NCBI GenBank assembly: GCA_051294905.1
Contig: CM119372.1
Location: 12,340,001 to 12,404,000, forward strand
Length of the DNA stretch: 64,000 nt
Reading direction: 5' to 3'
From: Botryllus schlosseri
Lineage: Eukaryota
In this document: one piece after another, positions 23,932-38,900 of the stretch
Layout: the number at the start of each line of letters is the position of its first letter
Numbering within the stretch: position 1 is the first letter of the stretch
The notes under the pieces: generated by a model
Told to the model about the DNA's origin: nothing
The model's database searches: none
The model's input: only the letters and a program-made list of their open reading frames with translations
Made by a program: the position numbers and the translations under genes

Positions 23932-26900
23932 TTACAGTCCCCCGCCGCTTCTTTGCACGGAAACGTCAGCCCTGTCGAATTTTTTCAGTTCGCCCTGTCT
24001 CATTACAGTGGCCAGTCTGTTCCCGGTGACTCTGCCTTCACGCATGCTGCTCATAAGCTGTCAAAGACGTCACAATGGTAAGCAATTTCGGAAAATGACA
24101 GTGCAGATCTAGCATATTCTAAAATTTCGGGCAAAATTATTCATTACGAGGTTTATCCAAGTTCATAAATTCTGAATCTATTGATTCTGACCTTGATATC
24201 TCTGATCAGGAGTAGCGTACAGGATATTTCACAAATGTAGCCATCTGTTCTCAATTACATATCTCGAGTACAGCAATTACCGTGATTTATAGATGGTAGA
24301 TTAATATCCGTCGCATATACTATGCATGGTACAGTAAGTAAGTGGTATTACCCTGGAAAGTTTTCTCTACTTACGCAAAATGGCAGTAGACTGCATACAG
24401 TTGTACTTCTACAGATCATTAAGTCAAATTGAAACTTCTAGCATTTTAGAATAGAATTCGTGTGAAATCACCAGAGGTGGTCAGTAACGAAGTACTCAAG
24501 TAGTTTTCCTCTACTTCTGGTATTTACTCAAGTAGATCTTTCTTTCTATACTTCTACTTCGTAATATTTTGTGAACTACTTACTTACTTTTCGCTATTTT
24601 CAGTTTGTCAAGTAGAAGTAGTTTAATCCCCCAATAAGAAAGATAGCCTTAGGAATTTCGGGGCTGTATTCAAGTAGTACCAACATTTAATTTTCATAAA
24701 AGTCATGTAATACCCAGAATTTTTGTTGCGCTTTGAGTACAGTAGATATGAAGTGACAATTTTTTTAACGACAGTATCGCTGAATATAATTTAGATACCG
24801 GGTTGCGTGGTTCCGTTCACACATTGTCGCCTAAATAAAATATTTCATCGCAGTAGGTATGGCCTCCCATAACGTTTGAAACTACCGTTTCGTAATCCAG
24901 CAATTCTATTATACCTAGTAGCCCATGACGTGTCCTAATCTACAAAAGTGGATTTGACTTTTTTACCGTTAGACCTGTTTTAGCCTACCACCGTTGAAAC
25001 TATCTGGACAAAAAACATGAAATATATATTCCGCTTTTTAGAAGTAGTATTTGTATTTTTCTTTCAAATACGAGTAGTATACGTTAAGTTCTAATTATAG
25101 TTTCAGTTCTTCTGTCTGGTGAACATACATGTGGAAGTATAAAAGCAAGTATAGTGATTCCTTATATTTTCCGAAAATAGAGCTATACACTATATGGCAT
25201 TTTTGCGATCTGCCATGTTTTTAATTAGCGTATACTAATCTTGCAAAGTGTTAAAGCCGTATTTGACACAACTTCTCTGTATTGCTCTTCGATTGAACTA
25301 GGGGCCTTATAATATGGAGGAGAGCGCCATGCCGTGATATTCTCTAAAATGGGGTTTTCGAGTAAACAAAGGATAAGCATCGCATTTCCCTAACAATACT
25401 ATCATTTACATCCCATGATGTGGACGACTGCTTATTCTGTCAAAAATTGACAGCTCCTGGGATGCATCAATATGAATCAAGCTCTCTACACCTTCAGAAT
25501 AGCTGCATTTGCCGCTTTTGACAGTCCATGCGAACGAATTACGATCGTTTTCACAACTACTTACTTACTTGAGTAGATTTAAAGTCAGTCAATTCTATTT
25601 CTACTTCAAGTAGCTCCAAGTTGCGTATGAAAGAAGTACTTCTATTCGTACTGGAGTAGATTTTTTCGTCACTACTTCTACTTGAGTAGCTTTCTTGACT
25701 ACTTTGACCACCTCTGGAAATCACATATATTGCCAATGTGTGATATTCAGCAAATGCAGTTACTGAACGTTACAACATCAGCACCGGTGGTAACAACATC
25801 AGCACCTCGCTTGTCTCAACTGTTGCACACAGTTCTCGCGCTCACAAGACGAAAATATTTGCGAACCTGTAGAAATTCATCCAGTTCCACCTGGCCGTTC
25901 TTATTCAAGTCCACTTCGTTCAACATGTCTGTCAAGTCTTCCTCTTTGATCAAGCCGTTCTCGAATTCCTAAAAGCCAAACAAATGATTTGCTTGTAACA
26001 CACTCGTGTCATATCAGACATGGGGTGATTACTTTATGATTGTAATCGATTGCGATTACGATTACTTATGAATGACGCGATTACGATTACGATTACGATT
26101 ACAGCAATATCAGGAAGTAGTCGATTACGATGACGATTACATTGGAAAAGTAATCACGATTACTCACGATTACATTTATTTTGCATCTTAGAAGCTATAT
26201 TGGAAGACAATATATGGATTGCACTGAAGAGGCCTAATGAGATAACAAACTCCCTTTAAAAGAGATCCGGCATTTGCTTGTTGCGTCATAATGTACCCAT
26301 TGCCCATTTTAAAGGGGTCAATTTATCGCGCCCAATGATTTGCATTCTTGCCAGGGCCACAATTACCGCACCCCAAATTTCCCAATATGGTGGCCCAATA
26401 CTCAAAAAGTATTTCGTAAACTAACATAAGTTATAGAGTATTTTGAGAGATCTAATTAACTTGAAAATCCTCTCTAGATCAGTGATTCCCAACCGCGGCT
26501 CTGAGAACCCCATGCGGCTCCGAGCTAGCCTACTTGCGGCTCCCATTGACGGTGGAAAATTCAACAAAAATATCATAAAATCAATTTAGAACAAACAAAA
26601 AAACTGATTTTCAAAAATTACACTTGCTTGGCTTGGAATCTGGAGTTTATAATTAAGGGTCGAGAGCAATTCCTTTGCTGTCGAGTAGCGATTCTCTACT
26701 CAGCAACGATTTCGTTACTCAACTCACGTCAAAAAGTATGCTCACACTCAAATGCGTTTGGATCGTCACTCAAATTTAAGTCTGCTCATCATCAGACTTG
26801 ATTAAGTGCAGGTGGTGTTGCAACACGTTTTACAAAGCTATCTGACCATCAAACCGATGGATTATTTGACTTGATTGTTAAGTTCAACGGCCGCATTGAC

Positions 26901-29900
26901 GGAATGAATGCTTTTTTCCCCATGATGAAAATATTTTCAAGTCCTATTGTAGTTAATGTGGCCACTGACTCTGTTAATTTACAGCTTGAGTTGCTAGACA
27001 TGCAGTCAGATATAAAGACATGACCATTTGTTTGTGCGTCTCACGAAAGTTTTTCTTCTAGTCTGCTACGCTTGAGCCACTACAATATCGTTTGATTATA
27101 TAACAAACCGGAGGTCACGAATTAACAACATACACTAAAGTAATTATAACAAGATACCGGAGGTTAGAATTATGAATTACGTGCCCCAGCTTTACAGGTA
27201 TAGGTAATTCTGTGGCGAGATAGCGCAGTAGTATAATCCACGGCTGCAACGCCATTGGGTTGCGGGTTCGAGTCCGACCGAGGTCGACTTCAGAAATCCT
27301 TTCTAAGTGTTGGAGGTTTATCTAGGCTCCTCCTCGCCGCCTCTTCCGCGTAAGCGGTGTCTTACAATAAGCCTAGAAGTGGGCCGTGCTACAAGTCGGC
27401 AGATACGGAATCAAAAATGAAGAAAATCGGCCTGGTGTAACTGACCGTTGTAGTCGACAAACACCAAGATTACCTCAAACAAACAAACGGTACAGGTGAA
27501 TCTGACCATCGGGGGCTGAGAGAGGATTAAAAATCAATAGTAATATAATGCAATTAGTGACGAAATTAAGTCTTCAACTTTCGATTACCAACCTATGGTG
27601 GACGAACTGCTGTTTTGGTCTTAATTCCAGCTACAGCCCATGTTAACATGATATATAGGCCCATGGCCATGGCCACGCCAATGTTAAGTAAAGTTGGCAC
27701 CCGTTTCAAGTAGAGTCATATGAGAATAAGATGAAGCGAACATAAAATTCTGCCTTCAACTTAATACAGATATTGTACTGCAAGCTGCCGTTACGAGAAA
27801 CGGCAAAAACGGCTCGGTTTTGATATATATATATCACCAGCTGTTGATTTTTACTGCTTCGTTGTGGAAATCGCAATGTTTTATTTGACGAGTACAAAAT
27901 TTCAAATCTTGATGTACGTACGTAGCCTACTTGATAGGCCTACTGCTCGCCAAGCAGCTACGGTTAAATTGCGTTTAACTGAGCATAAGCATAACCAAAC
28001 ATCAACCATAAGTTACTATTTTAAAGTAGGCAGAGCGGAGATAAATTATCCCGCTGCGAGGTAGTGGCGTGTGGAACGTGTTGATAACCTGATATATAGC
28101 ACGACAGGTGTTCTTACAATGACACTAATGTGCGACGTATGTACATGTGTTCAATTGTACATCGAATATCTATTTACTGTGGATACTTCTTACGCAATGA
28201 CGCGCAAAGCTAATAGGCTGCTTCTGACGTAATAATGAGCTGTGGCGTTTGAAAATCAGACGTGTGTGCTGTCACGAGCCTGGTATAACATCTTTTCCTT
28301 GTTCACGAATGTTCAGTTTATGTCACAGTCCTTCCAAAATAAAAAGTAATCGTTCTTTCACAGAGAAATCGATTAAATATGAGAAGTAGTCGATTACGAT
28401 TACGATTACTTCGGGATTTTTTCGAATGTAATCGATTGCGATTACGATTACTTGAAAATGCTGTAATCGTCGTAATCGATTACGATTACTAATCGCGATT
28501 ACCCCATGTCTGTGTCATATATGGAAAAAAATTGACTGTTCGACAAGTACCTATTGCAAAAAAGGTAGCAAAATTGTTGTATTGAAAAAAAAGGACACTA
28601 GACATTCAATCTGACTATAGGTCAGTAACGAAGCACGTCTACTTTTTCAGAGTGCTCAAGCTCAAGTAGTTATGTTTTAAGACTAACTGGCAACTAGGTT
28701 AAAGAGTCCCTGTATATTGGTTACTCACTCAAGTCCTTTTCACAACTTCATTTTCCTCTTCTACTTGTAATTGAGCAGAAATTATGACGCTAGTTCTACT
28801 TCTACTTTGAAAGCTAACGCTGGCTAACTTCACAGTAAAATAATGTCAACGAGTGCAGCCTTACCGAATCCAGCACGGTCTTCAAGTCTTGCCGCGTCAC
28901 GAATCCCTTTCTGCCTTTGTCAAACAGATTAAATCTTCTTTTGTACCTTTCCATGTCGACGGCGTTGAGATTTACGTTCGAGGCGTCCTCGGCAGACTCC
29001 CTGGCCTGAGAAATGTAATCAAAACACGACTGAAGCCACCCATACCGACAAGCAAGATGCAAAGAGGAGCTTTTCGAGCACTTGTTAGACAGATTACATC
29101 GGTGTGGTCTGCATGAAGCCTTCCATGCGCGCAAGTGAAATATTTTAGGTATATGTTTTCAAGGGTCCATCGAATTCGATTTTCCAGCATGAGATGATAG
29201 ATATGCACAGCCAGTACAAGATGTCACGAGGAAAAGGACAGAGCGATAACAAAAAACACATCAAAACATTCGAGAACAAGGGAATGAGCAACAAAATATA
29301 ACCAGATTCCTTTCCGGCAAGAGCCCATCAGGATTGATACACAATGCACATATCGCCGGAAAAACATCAGCAATTACTATCGCTTCTGAATTTAAGTTGA
29401 GGCAATAGCCACGAGTCAGATTCCAGACTAGACTCGATGTCTTATTTACCAAAAAATGGAAACATATCCGCACTCTGCGGTTGGAAACTGTAACTGGTTC
29501 TATTTCCAACGTAAATTTCATCAATGCCAACATGGTTAACACGGAGCTGCAAGAAGATTCAGCCGTGTGTTAAATTTCACCGTATTCCTAAAACACCAGC
29601 AAGGCGATGATGATTCAAGAATAGATATAGCATGAACGAAATGATAGATCGTACCAATACAACTCCAGCGAAAAGCCAAGTTAGAAGTAGAGACTGCTTC
29701 TCAAAGCCAAACGTGACTTGCTTGAGTATAATTATATTTGTTGACGTAGGTGATTGATGGGACCAAACCTGGTGATAATGTGGCTGAATACTGAATTGCA
29801 TGAATTTTACATCATTACACAATCGATATTGCACATATGAACCAGATTAAAACAGGGTCTTTCATATCTCAATCACAATAGTTCGACCGGGCCAAATGAT

Positions 29901-32900
29901 AATTTCCGTATTTCGAATTCCAAACGCTTGAGTGCAGATGTAGAAGTATGAAGACAGCGGGGCCACAGAAAGTACTCAAATAAAAAAAACAGGACACTGC
30001 ATGATAACCGAAACCGATAGCTCGAAGGCACGCTGTGCAAAAAAAAAGAATAATAGCGGTAGGATGAAGTGGGTGGAAATTAGACTTTTTTAACAACCAA
30101 GCAGATGTCACCAAATTAGTTTTTCCAGTGATTCGGCAAAGGAAGGCATGAGGTTTTAGGAGTGCAAAAGCAACAGGCAATACACCGAGCAATCTCGTCA
30201 ACCTTTCTTTCTATATACCGAGTAGCGTCCTCTGAAAGAAGTTTAGCGTAAGCCTGCAACAAAAACACCGACGTCACTTCACTATCTGGCTATCGTGCGA
30301 GTCGCAATCCAGGCCTGTTCCGGTCCTACGAGCACCACCCGTCTCGCAACCGCAGAAGGAATCCTTCCAAGCGTTGGAGTAAGCTGGTCTCTGCCAATCA
30401 GCAAGCTCACACAAAAACACGCATCTTACAAACGATCGAATAACATCGGTAGAGGTCACAGCTCGCAAACAAGTCTGTTGTCTCGACGAGTAGTAATTAA
30501 TTCAAGAGTATTATTCTGCTTGTACTTCGGACGGATGGGTAGAATCGTAACAAGCAGAATAAGGTCGTTTTAGGTACCAAAATGGCCAATGGAGGATTGT
30601 ATCGTGGGCAATCATTTTTCCTAAGGGGCTAAATGAGAAGCAGAAATATCGAGGCGGGCCGAGCCAAAAGCTTATACGGTACTATATTCTGCAGCGCATT
30701 AATTTTATATCCAAATTAAAAACAGCGAATGACATTGTTTACACAGGTAATATGAAAGTGAGAGTTATTTACAAAGTGAAATCAAAATCACATCCCACGT
30801 AATTCGTAATGCAATACTGGCAACAAAACAAGGTTTGAACTATAGCTACTGTACAAAAACAGCATATTTTGCAATACTGGTTACATCTTGAATCTGGATT
30901 ACACACCGTACGTAAGTTTTACTTTAAAAAATACAAGCAACCTTTCGCAGGGCCGGTCAGACTCGGATCCCGGACCTTAAAATGCCCAGGTCTGCTCTCG
31001 ACAAAGGTTCAAGACCAATCTTAGAGACAAGCGGGTTTCCAAGTCCGACCTACAGAAAGCAACAACAGCCAAAATACAACGGCACACACCTTTTTCCCCA
31101 TTTCGTGATAAATGAAATGCATCGCTGCTTTGTGCTCCTCCTGCGCCCGCTGGTTTGACCAATTCAATTCTTTCTTCATTATTCTAACGATCGCGGGCAA
31201 AGCTTCTTCCGCGGCCTGCGTGTTCAGGAACGCGAGACGCGTCCGCCTGGCGAGTACGTCCACAGCGGTGCAAGCGTATTCTTTCATGGCATAGCTGATC
31301 TAAAGAAAAAAATAACGCCTAATGAAAAATCAGGACTCCGCAGCAAAGATAAGGGGATTTTATATTTTCAAAAGGATATTCATTATTATTTTGATGATGT
31401 CATGTCTAAATCCAGTAATGACCGAAATTTGTTCAAAAGTGGTTTAAAAATTATCCAAATCTGGCCAAAATCTCCAAATTCATAATTAATTTGGTACCAC
31501 ATATCATGTCTAAATCCATGTTCAAATCAGGTAGCCTAATAACTGAAATTAGCTGAACAGTGGCATGCAGATTGAGATTGATTAAAAATTCCATGTTCAA
31601 GTCCGAATTACAGCTTCGAAATGATCATGATTCCATGTCGGATCCAAATCCGGCCAAAATCGTTCACGGAGATTAAAACGAGAAACTCACTTCGGCTTCA
31701 ATGTACGGAAAATCCTCGACCAGACGCTTCCCGACGATGGGCCAACGGCGTCCCGTCACCATTGCCATCCTGGCGATATTCACGGCCCGGGTCCCGTACG
31801 TGTTGGACAGATGCTTGGCCACGTCCGTTTCGAGGCCTTTCACGACAAGGAATCACAATTTGGGATAGAAAGACGAAATAACCGGCCGGTAGCAAGAGTA
31901 TTTCGATGTTTTCTGAGTACTCCAATAGGTTTTGTGTACTTGCGCTGCTTGCTCGAGCGGTTATGGTTTTAGAATATTTCTACTTCTGCTCAACAGTAGT
32001 TTTTTAGACTAAACTACTCACGTTTTGAACAGTAGATAGTAGATTGGGGATAAATTTGACCACCTCTGGAATTAACGGTACCTTGCTTCCAGAGGTCGTC
32101 AGTAACGAAGCACTTCTACTTTTTGAAGTACTTGAAGTAGATTTTTCCTACTCACACTACTTTTTAAGTAGTTATGATTTTAGACTACTTCTACTTGATA
32201 GTTTTCACTTTTGTAGGCAAAAATAAGCGTAGAATACCTACTTACTTACTTGTAAACCACCACTCCCACTTCTACTTGAGTAGAAATTCCAGCATTACAT
32301 CTACTTGAGTAGCTACGGTGACTACTTTGACCATCTCTGCTTGCTTCCGAAAACTTACGAAGTACTACTACTTTTTTGGAGTAGCCTATTCAAGTAGGTA
32401 TTGCATACCTGCGCCACTTGCTCAAGTGGTTATGATTTTCGAATACTTGACAGTCACATTACTTGTACTTCTACTCGAGCACGGACGACGACTGCATTGA
32501 CCGACTCTGCCTCTTACCGTAGTCCTGGGCCAGTTTGATGTAGGAGTTTGGTGTCCAGCCGTGTCCGCCGTCCAACACCATCCCGTCCGTTCTGCTGCCT
32601 TTCGGCGCCTTGAGCTGACAGTGCTTCACGGCGGCCTCCATCGCGTCTTGCGCCATGGATCGGTAAGTGGTCCATTTCCCGCCTGATCATGCAATCAATA
32701 CGGTTAATATTTGATCTCACATCAATTGATCCCGGTGAATCAGTGATTGCTTCTTTGAATATGTAGTATTGCAAGAAATACACTCAACTAAATTCATTTT
32801 CCAACGACACGCTGAGCGAACACATAGGGCCCTTCATCATATTCAAACTAAGAGCTGGCCATTATCTCTTCAGTAGAAATATCGGGATTGGCCTGTTGAA

Positions 32901-35900
32901 ATGAGAGGGGTCTTCAGTATTGAGTGATTTATGAAGACCGTGAGAGTTCACTTCTTGGTGAAAAGGCTGAAAATTAGTGGATTTGTGAACTGCAAGTACG
33001 CCTGCTGGGCTCAAAGTACTAGTTTATTACTCAGTCCGGGGATATACTTCTCAAAATACTGTACACTAATTCTAAGTTTCAGTTGAAATACAACAAAAAT
33101 TGCTATATAGGTTATATCTGTACCAGCTCAAAACTTTGACGTTGGCCAGGCTTTCATTCAGACACGACCCCACAGCGCATGGCCCTAGGTGTCGGCCACA
33201 CTGCAAAGAGTCAAAGCCAGAAACACGGAGATTGTAATACTGGATCAGGATTAAACTCACAAATCCAAATAAAATAGGAGCATGCGTTGAACCAAAGCGC
33301 ACCTGCAATAGTGATCAAGTTGCTTGGGCTTACATCGACGACGTGATTCCTGGATATGGATTGAGTGTTCGTAGAATTTGGATCGGTCACCAACGGTCTT
33401 ATGCCGCTCCATGCCGCCAGTACATCGCCCCTCCGAACTGAAATCGGTATATTTTCATAGACTCAAACAAAATGTATATCAACTCCTACTTCAACTCTTA
33501 AAACTTGGAGCACCACAACTCCCACATCGACTAAATTTTATAGCTTGCATTGTTGTAGAGTGGATGAGAGACATCGCTGTCAACCTATTATATATTGTGC
33601 ATTTCCATACGTTGCTGTTATACCATTACATATACGTATTTTATTTCTATAACGATCCTAAGACAGTAATTGAAGAGACTCTTGAAGGTACAGAACTTCA
33701 ATACACAATTGAATATTATATTCATATTGAAATAAACATGAATAGTTTCGACTGACACTCATCAGGGGTAATCCACAGCAACTAGTAAAGAAATGAAAGA
33801 ACTTTGTATATCAGCAGACGTATAGCCATCACAGGCATGAAAATTCGAAAAATCGAGGTTTAAGCTCAATGTACATTACATAACTGTTGACATTCAAGTT
33901 TAAAAAGTATATACAAAGTATACTATTGAAACTCTAATGCGTTTTTGGTATAATTTGATACTGCCAACATACCTCTGACGTCGGGACTCAGGTAGTTCTT
34001 GATTTCGGACAGTATGAATTTGATGTCGGTCTCGGTAGGTTCCGGACTGTGCGTTATTTCGGTCGGGCTGTCAGTGGTGCCGGCGATGGTCAGTCCCTCC
34101 CAGGGCAGGAAGAAGATGACGCGCCCGTCGGAAGTGGACGGGTCCAAAAGTCCCATCGTGTCAGGGCTGAAGTACATGGTAGAGGTCAAAAGTCGCAAAA
34201 GAGTACACAAACCGACGGTGTTCAAAGTAGTCAGCGTCACTCCTCAGGTAGAAGTAGAAGTAATGCCATTAATTTTTTCTCAATTACAAGTAGAAATAGC
34301 AACTACTTTGAGTAGGAGTGGAAATTGAAGGTCTGAAAAGTGCTCGAGTAACTAGTTTCAAAGAGTACATTTGGCCGATGGATCGCATACTTTTCGCAGG
34401 TGGGTAGGGCCAGTTACATCACCAATAGTACAATTTCTGAAAATTGATTCAGATACCGCGATACAGGGGGAATCTTTAGCAGAGTTGTCCCGACAATTTC
34501 ACTCATAAAAGTCGAGGAAGTGTATCCCAAAACTACTTTCTACAAAATTCAATGTGTAAAAAGTAAGAAGCATTGCCTATAAAACTGTGGAGTTGAAGTA
34601 GCCTACCACCCAAGTAGTTCAAGCAGGCAAAACCTATACATTTAGGTACATTTCACTCATGAAGCAATGCAAACTCATCCGAAAACGACTTTCCACTTTT
34701 TAAAACTTGAATTGAAAAAGTAGGTTTTCCTAACAAACTGCTCAAGTTGAACCGCTTGAGTAAGTATTGCAAGTAGTCGAAAGGTACTTGATTGCTCCAA
34801 AACAGTAGGAGTACTTCTTTACTGATCATCTCTGCTCACCTGTAATAATCCGGCAATATGACATGGACTCCCGCGCTGGGCTGACAGATTTTCGGCCTCT
34901 CGCCGTCGTCCATGCTGCGGATTGAATCGGTGAACGGGCCGGTAGAGTTGACAACACATTTCGCGTAGACATCAAACACGTTGCCGTTGGTGTTGTCTTT
35001 CACCTTTGCACCACAACAAACTTCCTTCCCGGTTTCGTCTTTCTTCTTCAAGAGCTCCACTACTTCGACGTGGTTGCACATTGCCGCGCCCTGTCTCGCG
35101 GCAGTCAGGGCGAGGGCGATGTTCATGCGGGAATCGTTTTGTTGCCCTGGCAAAATATCAATTCCAACTGAGGAGCTGCGGCAACACAGTCTTGGGGTAG
35201 ATGTGTGGGTCTTTACCCCCTAATTTGGAGGCTGAAGTAGTTTGCTTCCTCACATCACGTTTTTGAGATAATATATGCGTCCATTCAAACAGAAGTGGTC
35301 GAAGTACTTCTACTTTTTGTGCGTACTCAAGAAGGCTTCGTCTGCCTGCTCTGCTTGCTCAAGTATCAAGTTTTTTCAACTACTCCAGCTTCTACTTCAA
35401 TAGTTTGTATGCAAAATTACCCAGGCTACTTTTGGTCTTGAAAAGTAGAAAGTCGTTGTTCGATGAGTATGCATGACTTTTACGGGTGAAATTGAAGAAC
35501 CGCGTGAAATTACCCCTTTCTCATCGTGACACAATGTATTTTGGAAGATTTTACTTATTTGTCTGTGCCATTATCTGCTTTGTGTTAATTAGTTAATCAT
35601 CTAGAGACTTGTAAATTGGAGGCCTCACGATTAACTTCTAAAATTGTAAGATCCCACGGCATTACTTCTACTTGAGTAGCAACACTGACTGCTTTGACCG
35701 CCAATGGTTGCAATTGCAATGAGTAACGGCAATCGTCAAGAAGCTCTACTGGATCAACACCAGCTCACATATTGAGATTGCCGATTGAGTTCAGCACAAA
35801 CGGGCTTTGCCTGTGCCCAGTGGGCCAAGGCTACATGGGGCCTCTTCATAACCTGCATATTTTTCGACAATTACGTAAGCTACTTCTCATTGGGTGTGCA

Positions 35901-38900
35901 TGCCTATTTTAACATATTCACAAAGTCGTTTTGAGCTTCCTTCCTCTCTTTTTGCTGTGTTGCAATATTGTGGTGAAATCTGATGAGATTTTTAATGAAC
36001 TGAACAGCTGCACTCGGCGGATGCCTCATGTTGTGTACGTTTGAACCCTTGACCGAGTACAAACCAATATCTTCACTAATCCGTCGTTAATAGAGCGGAA
36101 CAACTCATTTTAATTTATATGATGCAGATTACGTTAATCGCTGTGGAAAGTAGTGACAGATTAAAGTGACTGGCTGTTTTTTTTTGAAATGCTAAGCTTT
36201 CCGCGACACGCTGTTGTTCAATCGAATGCCAGACTGATAGTTGCTGATGAAAAAGCACCGCCATTTCATCCAGGACACGGTCCATAACACATTCTTCATT
36301 CGCCAGGCACACAGGCCAGTGTCGGCCAGAAACATTCAAAGTCTCCATCCAATCACCCAATGCCTACAGACATTGGCAGTGGACAATAGCAAACTGGTTT
36401 TATACATGCTGTAAGTTCGCGACAGATTTCGGAAATTGTTTTAGTGATACACTAACCATAATAAAGTACTCTTTGTAAATTAGCAAAAATTTCAAACTAA
36501 CTTCTGCATTTTCACGACATTTATACCTATATCATTCCACAAATCGGTATGAAGACAAGGCAGAAGGGCGAATAAAATTGCATACAACATTCATAACGGC
36601 ACATTTCGAACCATTTAGAAAAAAATGCACCAAAGACACAACAGCATAAGGGGATAGGTATGTCAGTCATGTTATTAAATTACGGTATATATTTTTGCTG
36701 ACGAAGTCGAAAGCTGTTGGCTGTTACCGACTACTAATACAATTGATACCTTCTGGCTTCTTGGACTGAAGGTTATATTATATTTAACTTTGGCAAACAT
36801 TTTCGAAGAAGTTTACAAACTATACACTTACTACTTCTACAGGAGAACTAATTGGGTATTCATCATAAGACCAACAATACAACAAATATACCTTACTGAT
36901 ATGAATATGTTAGTTTCAGAAACCGGAATACTCAGCACCAAGTGAGGTCTCCAAATTATTAATTAATGGGCTATTGTCGTTCATAACTATGGAGCTTTGT
37001 CGTCAAACTCATTAATTATGCATGTCAAGTGACCTTGCCAAAACCAAGAGAAAAAGCTTACCATCGTAATAAACAATAGATGCTTTCAATTTGTCTTTCT
37101 TAAGCATGGGAAACCTTTCAAGAGTTTTCTCTCTTCCTAAAAGGTAACTCGATCGGAGGCATTGACGTCCAGCGACAAAGTCATACATCTTGATGCCGGC
37201 CCAATAATACGGCACCAAATACCATCTGTAATGGACAAGTCGTTATATCTTTTCAACACAGATACTTTTTATTTTGGTCTTCGGTTATAATCTTGAATCT
37301 ATTCGATCTTAACTGAGTCTAGTGGCACTACACCACTACTATATATTTTTCAATATCAGGTAATTGCCACATACTCGAAGGAAATCGATACAAAATAGGA
37401 GAGTGAGGGTCCACGGTCAATGACTTTCAAGCTGAAGTATTTAGCACTATTGTGAAAAATGGACACTGCAGTCAAACAAGCCTACTCACTCATAAACTGG
37501 AAGCATGATAGGCAGGGGCGCAGACAGATGCGGGGCAATCTCAAGCAAATTGGCTCTTTCGTGCAGAGCTTCTTTCACCAAATGGTATTGTTCGCGGTCC
37601 AGTCTCATGATAGCTTTTTGCAAGTATCTAAGAAAAGCACGCACAGAATTAACATACCATGACAATCGAAGCATAAATATTTGGATTTGGAGCAGACTAC
37701 CTAACTAGACCAAGGCAAAATAGCCAATCTAATAAATTGTTTTGCAGCCAGTATGGCATTCCACAGGAATAAACATATTACAAATCATGCAATCTACATT
37801 GAGGTTGACATGGTGAAAGTCGAATGAAAATAACCGTAACCATCAATAATTTTCTAAAGCACTGAAATACGGGACCACTGATGATATTTCCAATATGTTG
37901 GTTGCAACCTAAGAAACTACTGGTCTGTAGTTGAAACTCTATTGCCTCGTGCAATTTGAGTAAAGTAGAGGCTAACACTTAGCCGGATGCAGTAGGCCTA
38001 ATATTACATAGCTAAATACATATAGTGATATAGACATATACCTTGAAGAAATGTGGCCTACATGGGGTATCAGCAAAATCAGTAATAAATGCAAGAAGTC
38101 TACAGGCTACGGCTACCAGTGGTTATTGGAAGTTCCATATTCTGTTAAGCCTCTTCCGTGTTGTGGATAGAATTTACAGTCATCCTCAATTCATTCACAT
38201 TGATATTCGAGACCACATGAATTGGATATGGCTAGAGGTCATCAGTTCAATCTACATAAGCCTAACAACCTCAACAGACTTCACAGAGGCTTGCACTACG
38301 TTCATGAAAACGTGTGATAATCGCTCACGCCACACTTAATTATGGTACAGTACATTATCACACATGTCATACTGATAAATGACACCAGCCGTTCATCAAG
38401 ATACTGCAAATGATGTGCAGTCAGAATTTGATACAACTAAACGATAAGGTGTAAGATATATATAATGTAGTATCAGATGATTTTATTGTCTCCGTAAAAC
38501 ATTATTTGGGCAATTTAAACATTGGTTATGGAGTAAATCTTCTACAAATTCAAAATCTGATCCAGTATCAATTGTCAAACTTTAACATCGCCAGGTAAGC
38601 GTGAATCGATTATGGTCAAATTTCAAATTTATATCCAACACATTTAAGATTGAGTTGATATAAATACAAAATAGCAATTACAGCCTACTGTAGCATACCT
38701 CACACCACCATGTATAAGCTTTGTGCTGCGGCTACTTGTTCCAGAGCTGAAATCATGCTTTTCAACCAGTGCAGTGGACAGACCTTAAATAAGATTGTGA
38801 TACATCAAACACATTGCGGCATCATGCAATACGACCCAATTACCTCTCGACACGGAATCCAATGCAACGCCACAACCAGTTGCTCCGCCGCCGATGACCA

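Noticed and set aside
27212..27290. Possible tRNA-Cys gene (also 62375-62448 and a tRNA-like head at 60601)
   Set aside because: The cloverleaf is imperfect and each continues into a shared body, simple-repeat or LINE-like tail and TSD, so these are SINE heads.
27321..27377. HDV-like ribozyme suggested by TCCTCGC
   Set aside because: I could not build the nested double pseudoknot, and family B lacks the motif.
33124..33202. Possible extra exon or H/ACA snoRNA in GPD2 intron 8
   Set aside because: It has an in-frame stop, GPD2 is complete without it, and no clear two-hairpin H/ACA layout was seen.
35900..36400. Coding-like stretch (ORF 36115-36360) in GPD2 intron 5
   Set aside because: No family could be assigned; possibly a decayed transposase.
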